This document shows positions 18,690 to 28,092 of a stretch of DNA of 47,270 nucleotides, piece by piece (the first letter of the stretch is position 1; each line of letters begins with the position of its first letter). The DNA is from an uncultured Chromatiaceae bacterium (GTDB taxonomy: Bacteria > Pseudomonadota > Gammaproteobacteria > Steroidobacterales > GCA-2729495): assembly GCA_964391025.1 (NCBI GenBank), contig CAYMKJ010000226.1, positions 1 to 47,270 of the forward strand, given 5' to 3'. The notes beneath the pieces are model-generated. The model was not told the DNA's origin and searched no databases. It was given only the letters and a program-made list of their open reading frames with translations. A program made the translations under genes and the position numbers.

Positions 18690-20932
18690 GGGCCGCAGTT
18701 AGTCGCCTCATCAAACGCCACGGGACCGTCGCCGTCGCGGCGGGCGGCGTGCTGATGGGCGTCGCCGCGCTGGTCATGCTCGGCCGCTACGCTGCGAGTC
18801 CGGCCGACTTTGGCCGTCGTCACGTGCTCATCCTGGCAGTCAACGCTGCGGCGGCGGCCGTGCTGCTCGGCCTGATCATCGTCAACCTGTTCCGCCTCGT
18901 GCGGGCCTACCGGCAGCGGGCGCTGGGGGCGCGGCTGCGGGCTCGACTGGTTGCGATGTTTGTCGGCCTTACGCTCGCACCTCTGCTGGTCGTGTACCTC
19001 TTTTCCCTGCAGTTCGTATACGGCGGCATCGACAGCTGGTTCGATTCCGACCTCGAGCAGGAGCTGTCATCTGCTCTGCGCCTGAGTCGGGAGTCGCTGG
19101 AAGTCCAGTCCACATCCCGACTGCTGCAGACGAGCGCCCTCGCGGCCGCGCTAGGTAATCTCGACGGCGAAGCGCTGTCGCGCGCACTCAGCGTGCTGCG
19201 GGCGGATGCAGGCGCCGAGGAACTCACGGTGTTCACCCCCGATCTGCGCGTCGCGACGTCCAGTTCCCGCACCGATACCCTGCCGCCGAGCCTGTCTGAG
19301 GACGCACTGAACGAACTGCGGCAGAGCCAGCGTTTCGTCGCCCTGGAGCCCCAGGGCAGAGCACGCTACCAGGTCCGCACGGCGGTGGTGATGCCTGGCG
19401 ACGTGCCGGAGGCAGGGCAGCGGTACCTGCAGGCCGTGTTTCCGATCGGCGATCGGCAGGGGCGCCTGGCGGATGCCGTGCAGGACACCTACACCCGCTA
19501 CGCGGAGTTGCGCTTCCTGCGTGGCCCGCTCAAGGACAACCTCACCGTGACACTGTCGCTGGTGTTGCTGCTGTCGCTGCTGTCGGCGGCCACCGGGGCC
19601 TTCTACCTGGCTCAACGCCTGGCGGCGCCTATCGAGTCGCTCGCTGCGGGTACCGAAGCCGTGGCCAGGGGCGACTTCGACACGCGCTTGCCGCCGGGCC
19701 CTGCCGACGAGGTCGGATTCCTCATTGAGTCCTTCAACGGCATGATCGGGCGGCTCGACCGTGCGCGCGAAGAGAGCCGCATTAGCCAACAGCAACTGGA
19801 ACGTGAGCGGGCCAACCTGGCGACGATCCTCGGGCGCCTGTCGACGGGCGTCATCGCCATCGGCCCCAACAGCCGGATCCGGATCGCTAATGATGCGGCC
19901 GGCGCCATTCTCGGTGTAGACCTCGCTTCCCGCGCCGGCGCGTCCCTCGAGGACATCGAGGCGGCGGGTTCCGTGCCGGCCCAGTTCGTTGACGCCTGCC
20001 GGCCGCATGTCGCGGGCGAGCAGCGAGAATGGCGTGGCCAGATTGTGCTGCGGACCGAAGGCGCCCGGCGCATCCTCAATTGCGCCACTTCTGTGCTGCC
20101 CGGTGCCGCCGACCCAGGCGCTGACGGGGAAAGTGTCGGCGCCATCATCGTCTTCGACGACGTGACGGAGTTACTCGTGGCCCAGCGCGAGGCGGCCTGG
20201 GGTGAGGTCGCGCGGCGCCTCGCCCACGAGATCAAGAACCCACTCACCCCAATCCGCTTGGCCGCCGAGCGCATCCGCCGCCGCTACTTGCCCACGATGA
20301 CGGAGGAGGACGGACAGGTGCTCGATCGTTCAACCCATACGATCGTCCAGCAGGTCGAGGCCATGCGCGACATGGTCAATGCGTTCAGCGAGTACGCGCG
20401 TGCGCCGGCAATCACTATCGCCCGGGTGGACCTCAGCCAGCTGGTGCGTGAGGTGGCCTGGCTGTACCGGGCTCAGGAGGGCCAGCCGCTCGTGAACCTC
20501 GTGCTGGAGGACGGACTCGAGGTAGAGGCGGATGCGGTCCGCGTCCGGCAGCTGCTGCACAACTTGATCCGCAACGCCCAGGAAGCTCTTGAAGGGCAGA
20601 CCGACGGCGTCATCGGGATCGGCGCACACAGCCTCGCTGGCGGTGAACGGCCGTTCGCCGAGATCAGCGTGACGGACAACGGCCCGGGCATCGACGTCGA
20701 GGTGCTGGCTAGCTTGTTCGAGCCCTATGTGACGAGCAAGAGGAAGGGGACAGGCCTGGGCCTGGCGATTGTGAAGAAGCTGGTTGAGGAACATGGTGGC
20801 ACCGTGGCCGCCGAAAATCCGCCAGAAGGGGGTGCCCGCCTTGTCGTGCGACTGCCGGTTCGGGCGGTCCTTCGCGACGCAGTGAACGAGCCGCGCGGGA
20901 CCCAGGCCGAGCAATGGAGGGAAAGAGCATGA
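18686..20932 (+). CDS. ntrY: NtrY-like sensor histidine kinase (TM-HAMP-PAS-HisKA-HATPase)
   Basis: H-box HEIKNPLTPI, N/G boxes (DNGPGI, GTGLGLAIV), and N-terminal TM segments. The start is either the GTG at 18686 (GTGA overlap with the DUF4390 stop) or the GTG at 18650. Confidence 0.85.
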   Translation: MRAAVSRLIKRHGTVAVAAGGVLMGVAALVMLGRYAASPADFGRRHVLILAVNAAAAAVLLGLIIVNLFRLVRAYRQRALGARLRARLVAMFVGLTLAPLLVVYLFSLQFVYGGIDSWFDSDLEQELSSALRLSRESLEVQSTSRLLQTSALAAALGNLDGEALSRALSVLRADAGAEELTVFTPDLRVATSSSRTDTLPPSLSEDALNELRQSQRFVALEPQGRARYQVRTAVVMPGDVPEAGQRYLQAVFPIGDRQGRLADAVQDTYTRYAELRFLRGPLKDNLTVTLSLVLLLSLLSAATGAFYLAQRLAAPIESLAAGTEAVARGDFDTRLPPGPADEVGFLIESFNGMIGRLDRAREESRISQQQLERERANLATILGRLSTGVIAIGPNSRIRIANDAAGAILGVDLASRAGASLEDIEAAGSVPAQFVDACRPHVAGEQREWRGQIVLRTEGARRILNCATSVLPGAADPGADGESVGAIIVFDDVTELLVAQREAAWGEVARRLAHEIKNPLTPIRLAAERIRRRYLPTMTEEDGQVLDRSTHTIVQQVEAMRDMVNAFSEYARAPAITIARVDLSQLVREVAWLYRAQEGQPLVNLVLEDGLEVEADAVRVRQLLHNLIRNAQEALEGQTDGVIGIGAHSLAGGERPFAEISVTDNGPGIDVEVLASLFEPYVTSKRKGTGLGLAIVKKLVEEHGGTVAAENPPEGGARLVVRLPVRAVLRDAVNEPRGTQAEQWRERA

Positions 20933-22284
20933 CTGCCGCACACATACTCGTGGTCGACGACGAAGCGGACATCCGCACCACCATCAGCGACATCCTCGAG
21001 GATGAGGGCTACGCGGTCAGCGTGGCCGCAGATGCTGCCGCGGCCCGCGTCGAAGTGGGTCGAGAGCGGCCGGACCTCATCCTGCTGGATGTCTGGATGC
21101 CCGACGTGGACGGCATCACACTCCTGCGCGAGTGGGCGCGAGAGGGGGCGCCGCGCTGCCCGGTCGTGATCCTGTCGGGGCACGGCACAGTCGAAACGGC
21201 CGTCGAGGCCACGCGTCTCGGTGCGGTGGACTTCGTGGAGAAGCCGCTGTCCCTGGCGAAGCTCCTGCGCACCGTGGAGAAGGCGCTCGACAGATCGCCC
21301 GAGCCGCGGCGCCCGGCGCCGCGCACGCTCCTGCCGAAGCGGCTGGCTCCGGGTGGCCGCAGCCTGCTGATGCGGACCCTGCGCGATCAGGCTGCCACGG
21401 TTGCGCAGCGCCACGAACCGATACTGATCGTGGGCGAGCCCGGCTCCGGCCGAACCGTAGTTGCACGTTACCTGCACGACCTGGCGGGTCGCGGCCAGCC
21501 TCCCTTTGTCACGCTGGTCGGTGCTGCCATTCCGGAGGAGAACGCGGCAGCGCTCCTCTTCGGCAGCCTGCTGAGTGGCGAGGCGCAACCCGGCGTGCTC
21601 GAGCAGGCCGCTGGCGGCACGCTCTTCCTGCGCGATTTGCAGGACCTGGGGTCGGGCGCCCAGCGCCTGCTGGCCGGTGCCCTGGAGCAGGGCAGTTACG
21701 TCCCTCTCGGCCAGTCTGTGCCGGTGCCGCTGGATCTGCGGGTCATAGCCTCGCTGGCCCCGGACGGTGCCGGTCTTGTACGGGCGGATCTGCTCGCGCG
21801 CCTCGCTGTGCTCGAGTTACGGGTACCTCCCCTGCGGGATCGGCACGAAGACGTGCCGGAGCTGCTGCGCTACGCGGTCGACCGACTGGTGGATGACGAA
21901 GGACTGGCTTTCCGGCGCTTCGGCCTCGCGGCGCAGAACCGCCTTCGCCATTACCCCTGGCCGGGCAATGTGCGCGAACTCACCAACCTGGTGCGGCGCC
22001 TGCTGGTGACCGGGGGCGCGGAAGAAATCAGCCTCGCGGAACTTGAACAGCAACTGGCGCCGGCCGCCGGCGCTCTGGAGCCTCTGGTGAAGCAGGATCT
22101 GCTCAGCCTGCCACTGCGGGAAGCCAGGGAGAAGTTCGAGCGGGCTTATCTGACGCAGCAACTGGCGTTGTGTGGCGGCCGGGTTGGGCTGCTCGCGAAG
22201 CGTGTCGGGATGGAGCGTACGCATCTCTACCGCAAGCTGCGCGCACTCGGCGTCGACTTCCGGCAGATCAGCGAAGAGGAGTAG
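20929..22284 (+). CDS. ntrX: NtrX-like response regulator (REC, degenerate AAA+, Fis-type HTH)
   Basis: REC domain ILVVDDE...LLDVWMPDVDG, central domain with WPGNVREL, and a C-terminal HTH. The ATG at 20929 forms an ATGA overlap with the kinase stop. Confidence 0.85.
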   Translation: MTAAHILVVDDEADIRTTISDILEDEGYAVSVAADAAAARVEVGRERPDLILLDVWMPDVDGITLLREWAREGAPRCPVVILSGHGTVETAVEATRLGAVDFVEKPLSLAKLLRTVEKALDRSPEPRRPAPRTLLPKRLAPGGRSLLMRTLRDQAATVAQRHEPILIVGEPGSGRTVVARYLHDLAGRGQPPFVTLVGAAIPEENAAALLFGSLLSGEAQPGVLEQAAGGTLFLRDLQDLGSGAQRLLAGALEQGSYVPLGQSVPVPLDLRVIASLAPDGAGLVRADLLARLAVLELRVPPLRDRHEDVPELLRYAVDRLVDDEGLAFRRFGLAAQNRLRHYPWPGNVRELTNLVRRLLVTGGAEEISLAELEQQLAPAAGALEPLVKQDLLSLPLREAREKFERAYLTQQLALCGGRVGLLAKRVGMERTHLYRKLRALGVDFRQISEEE

Positions 22285-22358
22285 GAGCGCTTGTAGGAGC
22301 GCCTTCAGGCGCGATCGATAGCGATCGCGCCTGAAGGCGTTCCTACAAGCGCTCCTAC
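22281..22358. repeat. compound REP-like palindrome (nested GTAGGAGCG units)
   Basis: GTAGGAGCGCTTGTAGGAGCGCCTTCAGGCGCGATCG/ATAG/CGATCGCGCCTGAAGGCGTTCCTACAAGCGCTCCTAC, with about 37-bp arms and one mismatch. It contains the stop codons of both convergent genes. Confidence 0.85.
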
Positions 22359-23377
22359 AGGAAAAACTTCCGGAACGCTGCAGGGAGGCGCGTGACGTCC
22401 ACCTTGTCCAGCCCCGCCGGGTAGGGCCGCGAGTTCCAGGTTTGCCAGAAGATCGGGATGTGGCCTGCGAGCCGGCCGCTCCGGGCGTCGGCGACGAGAC
22501 AGGCCAGGGCCTTGCCCGAGTAGGTGGTGTCCAGCCTGAAACCTTCCAGCTCACGGGCCAGCGCCGCGGCCTCGAGGCATTCCGGGGTCGGCAGCGCGTA
22601 GCCGTCACCGGCGAATTCAGGGCGGAACTCCAGGTGGTCGGCCAGTTCGGCCGCGGAGCGCGCCGATCCAGTGGCTAACAATTCCTGACTGGCCGCGGCC
22701 AGCCTCAGGACCGCAGCGGCATCCACCACGTTCTGGGGCACCACCTTCACGCTGACGACCGTCGCCGGCACGCGCGCGAGGCGCAGGCCCACCAGCAGCC
22801 CCGCGACGCTGCCCATCGTGCCGCAGGGCAGGTAGACGCGCACGGGGCCGTTCAGTCCTGCCGTGGCGAGTTGGGCCGCCAGCTCGGCGCCCGCGTCGAC
22901 GAAGCCCAGAGAGCCGAGGGGCGAAGAGCCGCCCCAGGGCACTTCGTAGAGGCGGTTGGGACCGGAAGGATGGCTGGCCCGCAGGCGCGTCGCCTCTGCC
23001 TGGGTCTCGACGAGGCCCGAGGCGTGCAGCAGGTGCGTGCCCAGCAGGGCGTGCCATCGGAGTGTATTGGCCACCCAGGGCGTCTGGACCTGGTCCGTGA
23101 GCACGGCGTGGCAGGCGAGCCCCGCCTGCTTCGCGTAGATCGCTGTCGCGAGGGCGTGATTGGAGCCGGCGGCCCCGAAGGTGACTACGGTATCGCACCC
23201 CCGCTGCAGGGCGTCCCCGAGCAGGTATTCGAGTTTGCGGACCTTGTTGCCACCGTACACAGGGCCGGCGAGGTCGTCGCGTTTGGTCAGCAGTCCCGGC
23301 GCGCCGATCGCGGCGCCAAGACGCGCGGCAGCTTCCAGTGTCGTCGGACGAGTGGCAAGGCCAAGCCTATTCGCCAA
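22355..23377 (-). CDS. PLP-dependent enzyme of the ACC deaminase / D-cysteine desulfhydrase family
   Basis: LLTKRDDLAGPVYGGNKVRKLEYLL (PLP-lysine context), 340 aa, TTG start. Confidence 0.82.
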   Translation of the reverse strand: MANRLGLATRPTTLEAAARLGAAIGAPGLLTKRDDLAGPVYGGNKVRKLEYLLGDALQRGCDTVVTFGAAGSNHALATAIYAKQAGLACHAVLTDQVQTPWVANTLRWHALLGTHLLHASGLVETQAEATRLRASHPSGPNRLYEVPWGGSSPLGSLGFVDAGAELAAQLATAGLNGPVRVYLPCGTMGSVAGLLVGLRLARVPATVVSVKVVPQNVVDAAAVLRLAAASQELLATGSARSAAELADHLEFRPEFAGDGYALPTPECLEAAALARELEGFRLDTTYSGKALACLVADARSGRLAGHIPIFWQTWNSRPYPAGLDKVDVTRLPAAFRKFFL

Positions 23378-23987
23378 TGGGGATAACCTGATGCTCGATG
23401 CCGTTCTGTTGCAGCCGGGCGCGCAGCCGGTTGAGTTCGTCCAGGTTTTCGATGGGGCCGATGCGCACCCGGTGAAACTGTACGCCGTTGGCGTCGGCAG
23501 CCTGGATCTCAGAGACCACCCCGAGGAGGGCCAGCCTGGCCTTTACCTTGTCTGCAGCGGCGAAATCCGGAAAGGCGCCCGCCTGGACGACGTAGGTACC
23601 GGGCACGGAGACGGGCGGCGGCGCCGTGGCGCGCGGCGTCTTCAGCTGCTCGGCCACTTCCACCTCGGCGTCGGGCAGCATGGTGTAGAACTGGAAGCGG
23701 TCAGCGGCCTCCGTGGCTGCAGACTTCTGTTCCGCGCCGGGCTTGCCGGGCGATCCTCCCGCAGATTTGCTGGCCTGCTTTGGGGCCTGCGCTGACTCGC
23801 TGGCGGTTACCGGCGGCAGGCTCTCCAGTGCAGTCGTCAGTGCGGACCGGAAATACCACGCCAGCAGGCCGGTCGACACGAGCAGCAGCACGCCCATGGC
23901 CAAACCGCCCGGCAGGCCGGCCGAGTCACGGCGGCGATTGCGCCGATGCTTCTGCCGGCTCCCGGCCCGGGTGGTGGCCTTCGCCAC
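23367..23987 (-). CDS. SPOR domain protein (FtsN-like, single TM)
   Basis: Basic N-terminus, TM segment LAMGVLLLVSTGLLAWYF, and a C-terminal SPOR fold (YVVQAGAFPDFAAADKVKARL...FHRVRIGP). It lies directly downstream of argS. Confidence 0.8.
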   Translation of the reverse strand: MAKATTRAGSRQKHRRNRRRDSAGLPGGLAMGVLLLVSTGLLAWYFRSALTTALESLPPVTASESAQAPKQASKSAGGSPGKPGAEQKSAATEAADRFQFYTMLPDAEVEVAEQLKTPRATAPPPVSVPGTYVVQAGAFPDFAAADKVKARLALLGVVSEIQAADANGVQFHRVRIGPIENLDELNRLRARLQQNGIEHQVIPIGE

Positions 23988-25744
23988 TACAGGTACTCCA
24001 GCGGGCGAATGCCGAGCAGGCGCAAGCCACTGGCGAGGACCACGCGGGCGCTGCCCACGAGGACCAGCCGGGCACGGCAGCGGGCGGGGTCAGCGTCGTC
24101 CAGGACGACGTGCTGGTTGTAGAACGCGTTGAAGACGCTCGCGAGTTCGTGCAGGTAGTGGGCCACTTCGAATGGTTCGCGTTGAACCGCTGCGCGACGG
24201 ACGGCTTGACCAAACCCGCGCAATTTCTGCACAAGGGCCCATTCCTCGTCGGCAACCAGCAGCGGGAGGTCGCCTGGCGTGGCGGTTGTGACCAGGCCGG
24301 CGTCGCTCGCTTTCCGGAAGATACCGCTCATGCGCGCATGGGTGTACTGGAGGTATGGGCCGGTGTTGCCCTCGAACTGCAGCACCGTGTCCCAGTCGAA
24401 GGTGACGTCGGTCAGCCGCCGCGACGAGACATCGAAGTACAGCAGCGCTGCCTGGCCCACGGCCTCACTGATGGTGGACAGTGCGACCGCCGGTACTTCC
24501 GGAAGCGCCCGCGCGCTGGCCGCGGAGCGCACCTCCCGGTACCGGGCTGCCCGGTCGCGGGCTTCGTCCAGCACGGCCTCGAGCCACACCGCCTCGCCCT
24601 TGCGGGTGGACATGCCGCGGACGTAGCCGAAGCTCACGTTCTCGCACAGCGCGGGCCAGTTCACCGGCCACTGTTCCGCCAGGGCGAGCTTGCCGAGAGC
24701 GGCGAAGACCTGGGCGAAATGGTCCTCCTGCCGGGACACCACGTACACGTTCGCCCCGAACTGGTAGCGATCCCACCGGTCAATCGCCTCCGCGCAGTCC
24801 CGCGCGGCGTAGGTCGAGGCCCCGTCGGATTTCTGCAGCATGCAGGGCGCGATCTCCCGGCCCAGGACGTCCGACACGTCCACGACGATTGCGCCCTGGG
24901 ATTCCCTGGCGACGCCGGTTTTCAGGAATCGGGCGATGACTGGCTGCACCTTCTGGTTCAGCGACGACTCCCCGTCGTAGGAGTCAAACTCGATGCCAAG
25001 CCGGTCGTAGGTGCGGTGGAAGCCCTCGAGAGAGAGCGCCCGGAAACGCTCCCAGAGGCTGACGATTTCCGGGTCGCCCTGCTCGAGCCGGAGGAACAGC
25101 TTGCGAGCCTGCTCCCGCACGCCCGGGTCCTGCTCGCTGTCCCGGTTCGCCCGGATGTACAGCTCCACGAGATAGTCGATGGCCCGTGCTTCCAGTGCGG
25201 CCTCGTCGCCCCACTGCTGCCAGGCCCAGATCACGAAGCCGAACTGGGTGCCCCAATCGCCGATGTAGTTCTTCCGGATGACCCGCCAGCCCTCGAAGGT
25301 GAAGATCCGGGCGAGGTCCGCACCGAGGTTGGTGGAACGCAGATGCCCGAAATGGAATGGTTTGGCGATGTTGGGCGCCGAAAAGTCGAGCACCAGCGTG
25401 CGGCCGCCGCCGAGATCCTGGCGGCCGAAGGACTCCGGCCTCTCCCGGATCTCGCCCAGCACCTGCTCGGTGGTGTTGACCCGGTTAAGAAACAGGTTGA
25501 GATAAGGCCCCTCGGCCCGGGCGCTCGCGATGATCGGGTCCGGAGCGATTCTGGCTGCGACGTTTTTCGCGATCAGGTTCGGGGCAGCGCGGAGTTCCTT
25601 CGCCAACTGGAAACAGGGAAAGGCGACATCGCCCAGCGCGGGATTCGGGGGGGCCGTAAGTGCGTCTTCGATCTGCTCGGTGCGCTCGACCGGCCAGTCG
25701 AGCGCCTTACGCACGACCTGCGCGATGTGAGTGGTGATCTGCAT
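23987..25744 (-). CDS. argS: arginine--tRNA ligase
   Basis: 585 aa, HIGH-type motif PFHFGHLRST, and overall ArgS layout. Confidence 0.93.
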   Translation of the reverse strand: MQITTHIAQVVRKALDWPVERTEQIEDALTAPPNPALGDVAFPCFQLAKELRAAPNLIAKNVAARIAPDPIIASARAEGPYLNLFLNRVNTTEQVLGEIRERPESFGRQDLGGGRTLVLDFSAPNIAKPFHFGHLRSTNLGADLARIFTFEGWRVIRKNYIGDWGTQFGFVIWAWQQWGDEAALEARAIDYLVELYIRANRDSEQDPGVREQARKLFLRLEQGDPEIVSLWERFRALSLEGFHRTYDRLGIEFDSYDGESSLNQKVQPVIARFLKTGVARESQGAIVVDVSDVLGREIAPCMLQKSDGASTYAARDCAEAIDRWDRYQFGANVYVVSRQEDHFAQVFAALGKLALAEQWPVNWPALCENVSFGYVRGMSTRKGEAVWLEAVLDEARDRAARYREVRSAASARALPEVPAVALSTISEAVGQAALLYFDVSSRRLTDVTFDWDTVLQFEGNTGPYLQYTHARMSGIFRKASDAGLVTTATPGDLPLLVADEEWALVQKLRGFGQAVRRAAVQREPFEVAHYLHELASVFNAFYNQHVVLDDADPARCRARLVLVGSARVVLASGLRLLGIRPLEYL

Positions 25745-25779
25745 CTTCCGCGTCGAGCGCCTGTGGAACGGGCGGGATT

Positions 25780-27789
25780 CTAGAACAATTCAGACGGATC
25801 CACGTCCAGGCTCCAGCGCACGCGGCGCTGGGATGGCAGCGTGGAAACCGCTGCACGAAATTCCGGCAGGAAGCGCTGCAGGTCGCGGCGCACGTCCGCT
25901 TGCAGGAGCAACTGACCCCGATAGCGGCCCGAGCGGCGCTCCATTGGCGCGGGCGCGGGGCCGAGCACGCGGAGGCCGCTGGGCGCGGCCGTCCGCGCAA
26001 GCGCCGCCGTGGCTTCCAGGAAACTGAAGACCGCCGGGCGCTCTGTTGCCTCGGCCCGCACCAGCGCCAGGGACGACCAGGGCGGCCAGCCCGCCTGCTG
26101 GCGCTCCGCGAGGGCCAGAGTCGCGAACGCACCATAGCCCTGCGTCAGAAGAACCCGCAGCAGCGGGTGATCCGGGAACAGGGTTTGCAGGTAGACCTCG
26201 CCCGGACGGTCGGCGCGTCCGGCGCGTCCAGCCACCTGGATAAAGGTCTGGGCCAGGCGTTCAGCGCTGCGAAAGTCGGTACCGAAGAGTCCCTGGTCCA
26301 CATCGACGATGCCGACTAGAGTGACGCCGGGAAAATCGTGGCCCTTGGTGAGCATCTGGGTGCCGAGAAGGAGCCGGGCTTCCAGGCTGTGGACCCGCTC
26401 GAGGCGTCGCTCGATCTCGCCGCGCCGGCGGGTGGTGTCCCGGTCGATGCGCTCCATCGGGTGGTCAGGGAATTCGCGGGCCAGCGCCTGTTCGAGGCGT
26501 TCGGTGCCCTGCCCCACGGGTCGGAGTTCCGCGTGGCAGGCAGGACAGTCGGCAGGCGCTGGCCGGTCGCTCCCGCAGTGGTGGCACGTGACCCGTCCCC
26601 GCTGCTGGTGGAGCACCATGCGCGCGTCGCAGCGTTCGCAGCCGATGACCGTGCCGCAGCCCACGCACACGAGCGTCGGCGCGTAACCCCGTCGGTTGAG
26701 AAAAATCAGCACCTGCCCGTCGGCGGCGAGGTGCCGGTGGATGGCGGCCAGCAGGGGCTGGGTCAGCCCGTCGCGTGGCAGGTGGGTGCGTACGTCGATC
26801 AGGTGCACGGTGGGCTGGCCTGCGGTGCCCGCCCGCTCGGCGAGCAGGAGGCGTTCGTAGCGGCCACTGCGTGCGTTCTCGACCGACTCGAGGGACGGCG
26901 TGGCGGAGCCCAGCACCAGCGGGACACCGAGCTTCCGCGCGCGCCACACGGCCAGGTCCCGTGCCGAGTAACGGAAGCCGTCCTGTTGCTTGTAGCTGGT
27001 GTCGTGCTCCTCATCGACCACGAGCAACCCAGGGCGCTTTAGCGGCGTGAAGATGGCCGATCGGGTGCCGATGACGATCTGGGCGGTGCCGTCCCGCGCC
27101 GTGGTCCAGGCGCGCAGGCGCTCCCCGTCCGCGAGGCCGGAGTGCAACACCGCCATCGGTACCGGGAAGCGGCGCCGGAAGCGGTCGAGCAGTTGCGGGG
27201 TCAGCCCGATTTCCGGAACCAGCACCAGGCATTGCTGGCCGGCGTCCAGTCGTTCCTGGATACAGCGCAGGTAGACCTCGGTCTTGCCGCTGCCCGTCAC
27301 CCCGTCGAGCAGGAAGCAGCGAAAGCCCACCCCAGCATTGATCGCCGCCACGGCAAGCCGCTGGCCGGCGGTTAGTGGCGGCGGCACTTCGGCTGGCGGT
27401 GGTTCGTCCGCAGAGGCTGGCAGCGCTTTCAGCTTGCGCCGCCGCCCCGAATCGCGGCCTTCCCGCAGGGCCTTGGGCACCGCCGTTGCAAACACCTCAC
27501 CGGGCGGGTGCTGGTAGTAGGTCGAGGCCCAGCTGAGGAGGCGCAGCAGATCATCGGGCAGCAACGGCTCCGCATCGAGCACCGCCTGCGCCCGGCGGAG
27601 TTTGTCCGCGGGCAGGGTACTCGCTGCCTTGAGACCCACCAGAAGACCCACCCGCGTGCTGCGGCTGAAGGGCACCCGCAGCCGCATCCCGGGGCGGAGT
27701 TCGACCGCGCTGTCGGCCGGTGCCAGGTAGTCGAAGAGGCCCATCAGCGGTGCGGCAACCGCCACTTCCAGGATCAGGGGGGCCGACAT
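25780..27789 (-). CDS. priA: primosomal protein N' (replication restart helicase)
   Basis: Walker A GVTGSGKTEVY, DEEH box VVDEEHD, and the Cys-rich Zn insertion CVGCGTVIGCERCDARMVLHQQRGRVTCHHCG...CPACH. Confidence 0.95.
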   Translation of the reverse strand: MSAPLILEVAVAAPLMGLFDYLAPADSAVELRPGMRLRVPFSRSTRVGLLVGLKAASTLPADKLRRAQAVLDAEPLLPDDLLRLLSWASTYYQHPPGEVFATAVPKALREGRDSGRRRKLKALPASADEPPPAEVPPPLTAGQRLAVAAINAGVGFRCFLLDGVTGSGKTEVYLRCIQERLDAGQQCLVLVPEIGLTPQLLDRFRRRFPVPMAVLHSGLADGERLRAWTTARDGTAQIVIGTRSAIFTPLKRPGLLVVDEEHDTSYKQQDGFRYSARDLAVWRARKLGVPLVLGSATPSLESVENARSGRYERLLLAERAGTAGQPTVHLIDVRTHLPRDGLTQPLLAAIHRHLAADGQVLIFLNRRGYAPTLVCVGCGTVIGCERCDARMVLHQQRGRVTCHHCGSDRPAPADCPACHAELRPVGQGTERLEQALAREFPDHPMERIDRDTTRRRGEIERRLERVHSLEARLLLGTQMLTKGHDFPGVTLVGIVDVDQGLFGTDFRSAERLAQTFIQVAGRAGRADRPGEVYLQTLFPDHPLLRVLLTQGYGAFATLALAERQQAGWPPWSSLALVRAEATERPAVFSFLEATAALARTAAPSGLRVLGPAPAPMERRSGRYRGQLLLQADVRRDLQRFLPEFRAAVSTLPSQRRVRWSLDVDPSELF

Positions 27790-27794
27790 GGAGG

Positions 27795-27829
27795 TTATCC
27801 ACAGATCCTGTGGATAAGTCTGTGGACAA
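27795..27829. promoter_or_regulatory. cluster of three DnaA boxes (one forward, two reverse)
   Basis: TTATCCACA (27795-27803), TGTGGATAA (27809-27817) and TGTGGACAA (27821-27829). Two are perfect consensus 9-mers and the third has one mismatch. The gaps are 5 and 3 nt, and the cluster ends 5 nt from the priA ATG. Confidence 0.6.
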
Positions 27830-28092
27830 GCGGCTGCAAAGCGGTCCTTCTGCCAAGCTCTGCAACCATTATGACAACCTGAGCATTTCTTGACCTATAG
27901 AGATTTACTAATACTTTCATAATGTTACATTTATGTGCTCAAGTGCTCACCGTAAAGCAAACGCTAAATAGCCCCTTTTCGTAGGAATTGTGCATAAGTG
28001 CGGGCGCAGCTTTGATTTCGGGATGCCTGGATCCGAGTTTGTCAACCCCTTTCGCGTCCATCCGTTGTACCGGCCAGAGGCACTGGGGCATA

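Noticed and set aside
23780-25783. 667-aa + strand ORF antisense to argS.
   Set aside because: It lies entirely opposite a confidently identified gene and its sequence is Arg/Gly/Pro/Ala-rich low-complexity. This is a typical shadow ORF of high-GC DNA. The same reasoning applies to 9..1109, 493..1950, 7762..8991, 19151..20008, 20725..21588, 29873..31111, 31039..32169 and 34850..36223.
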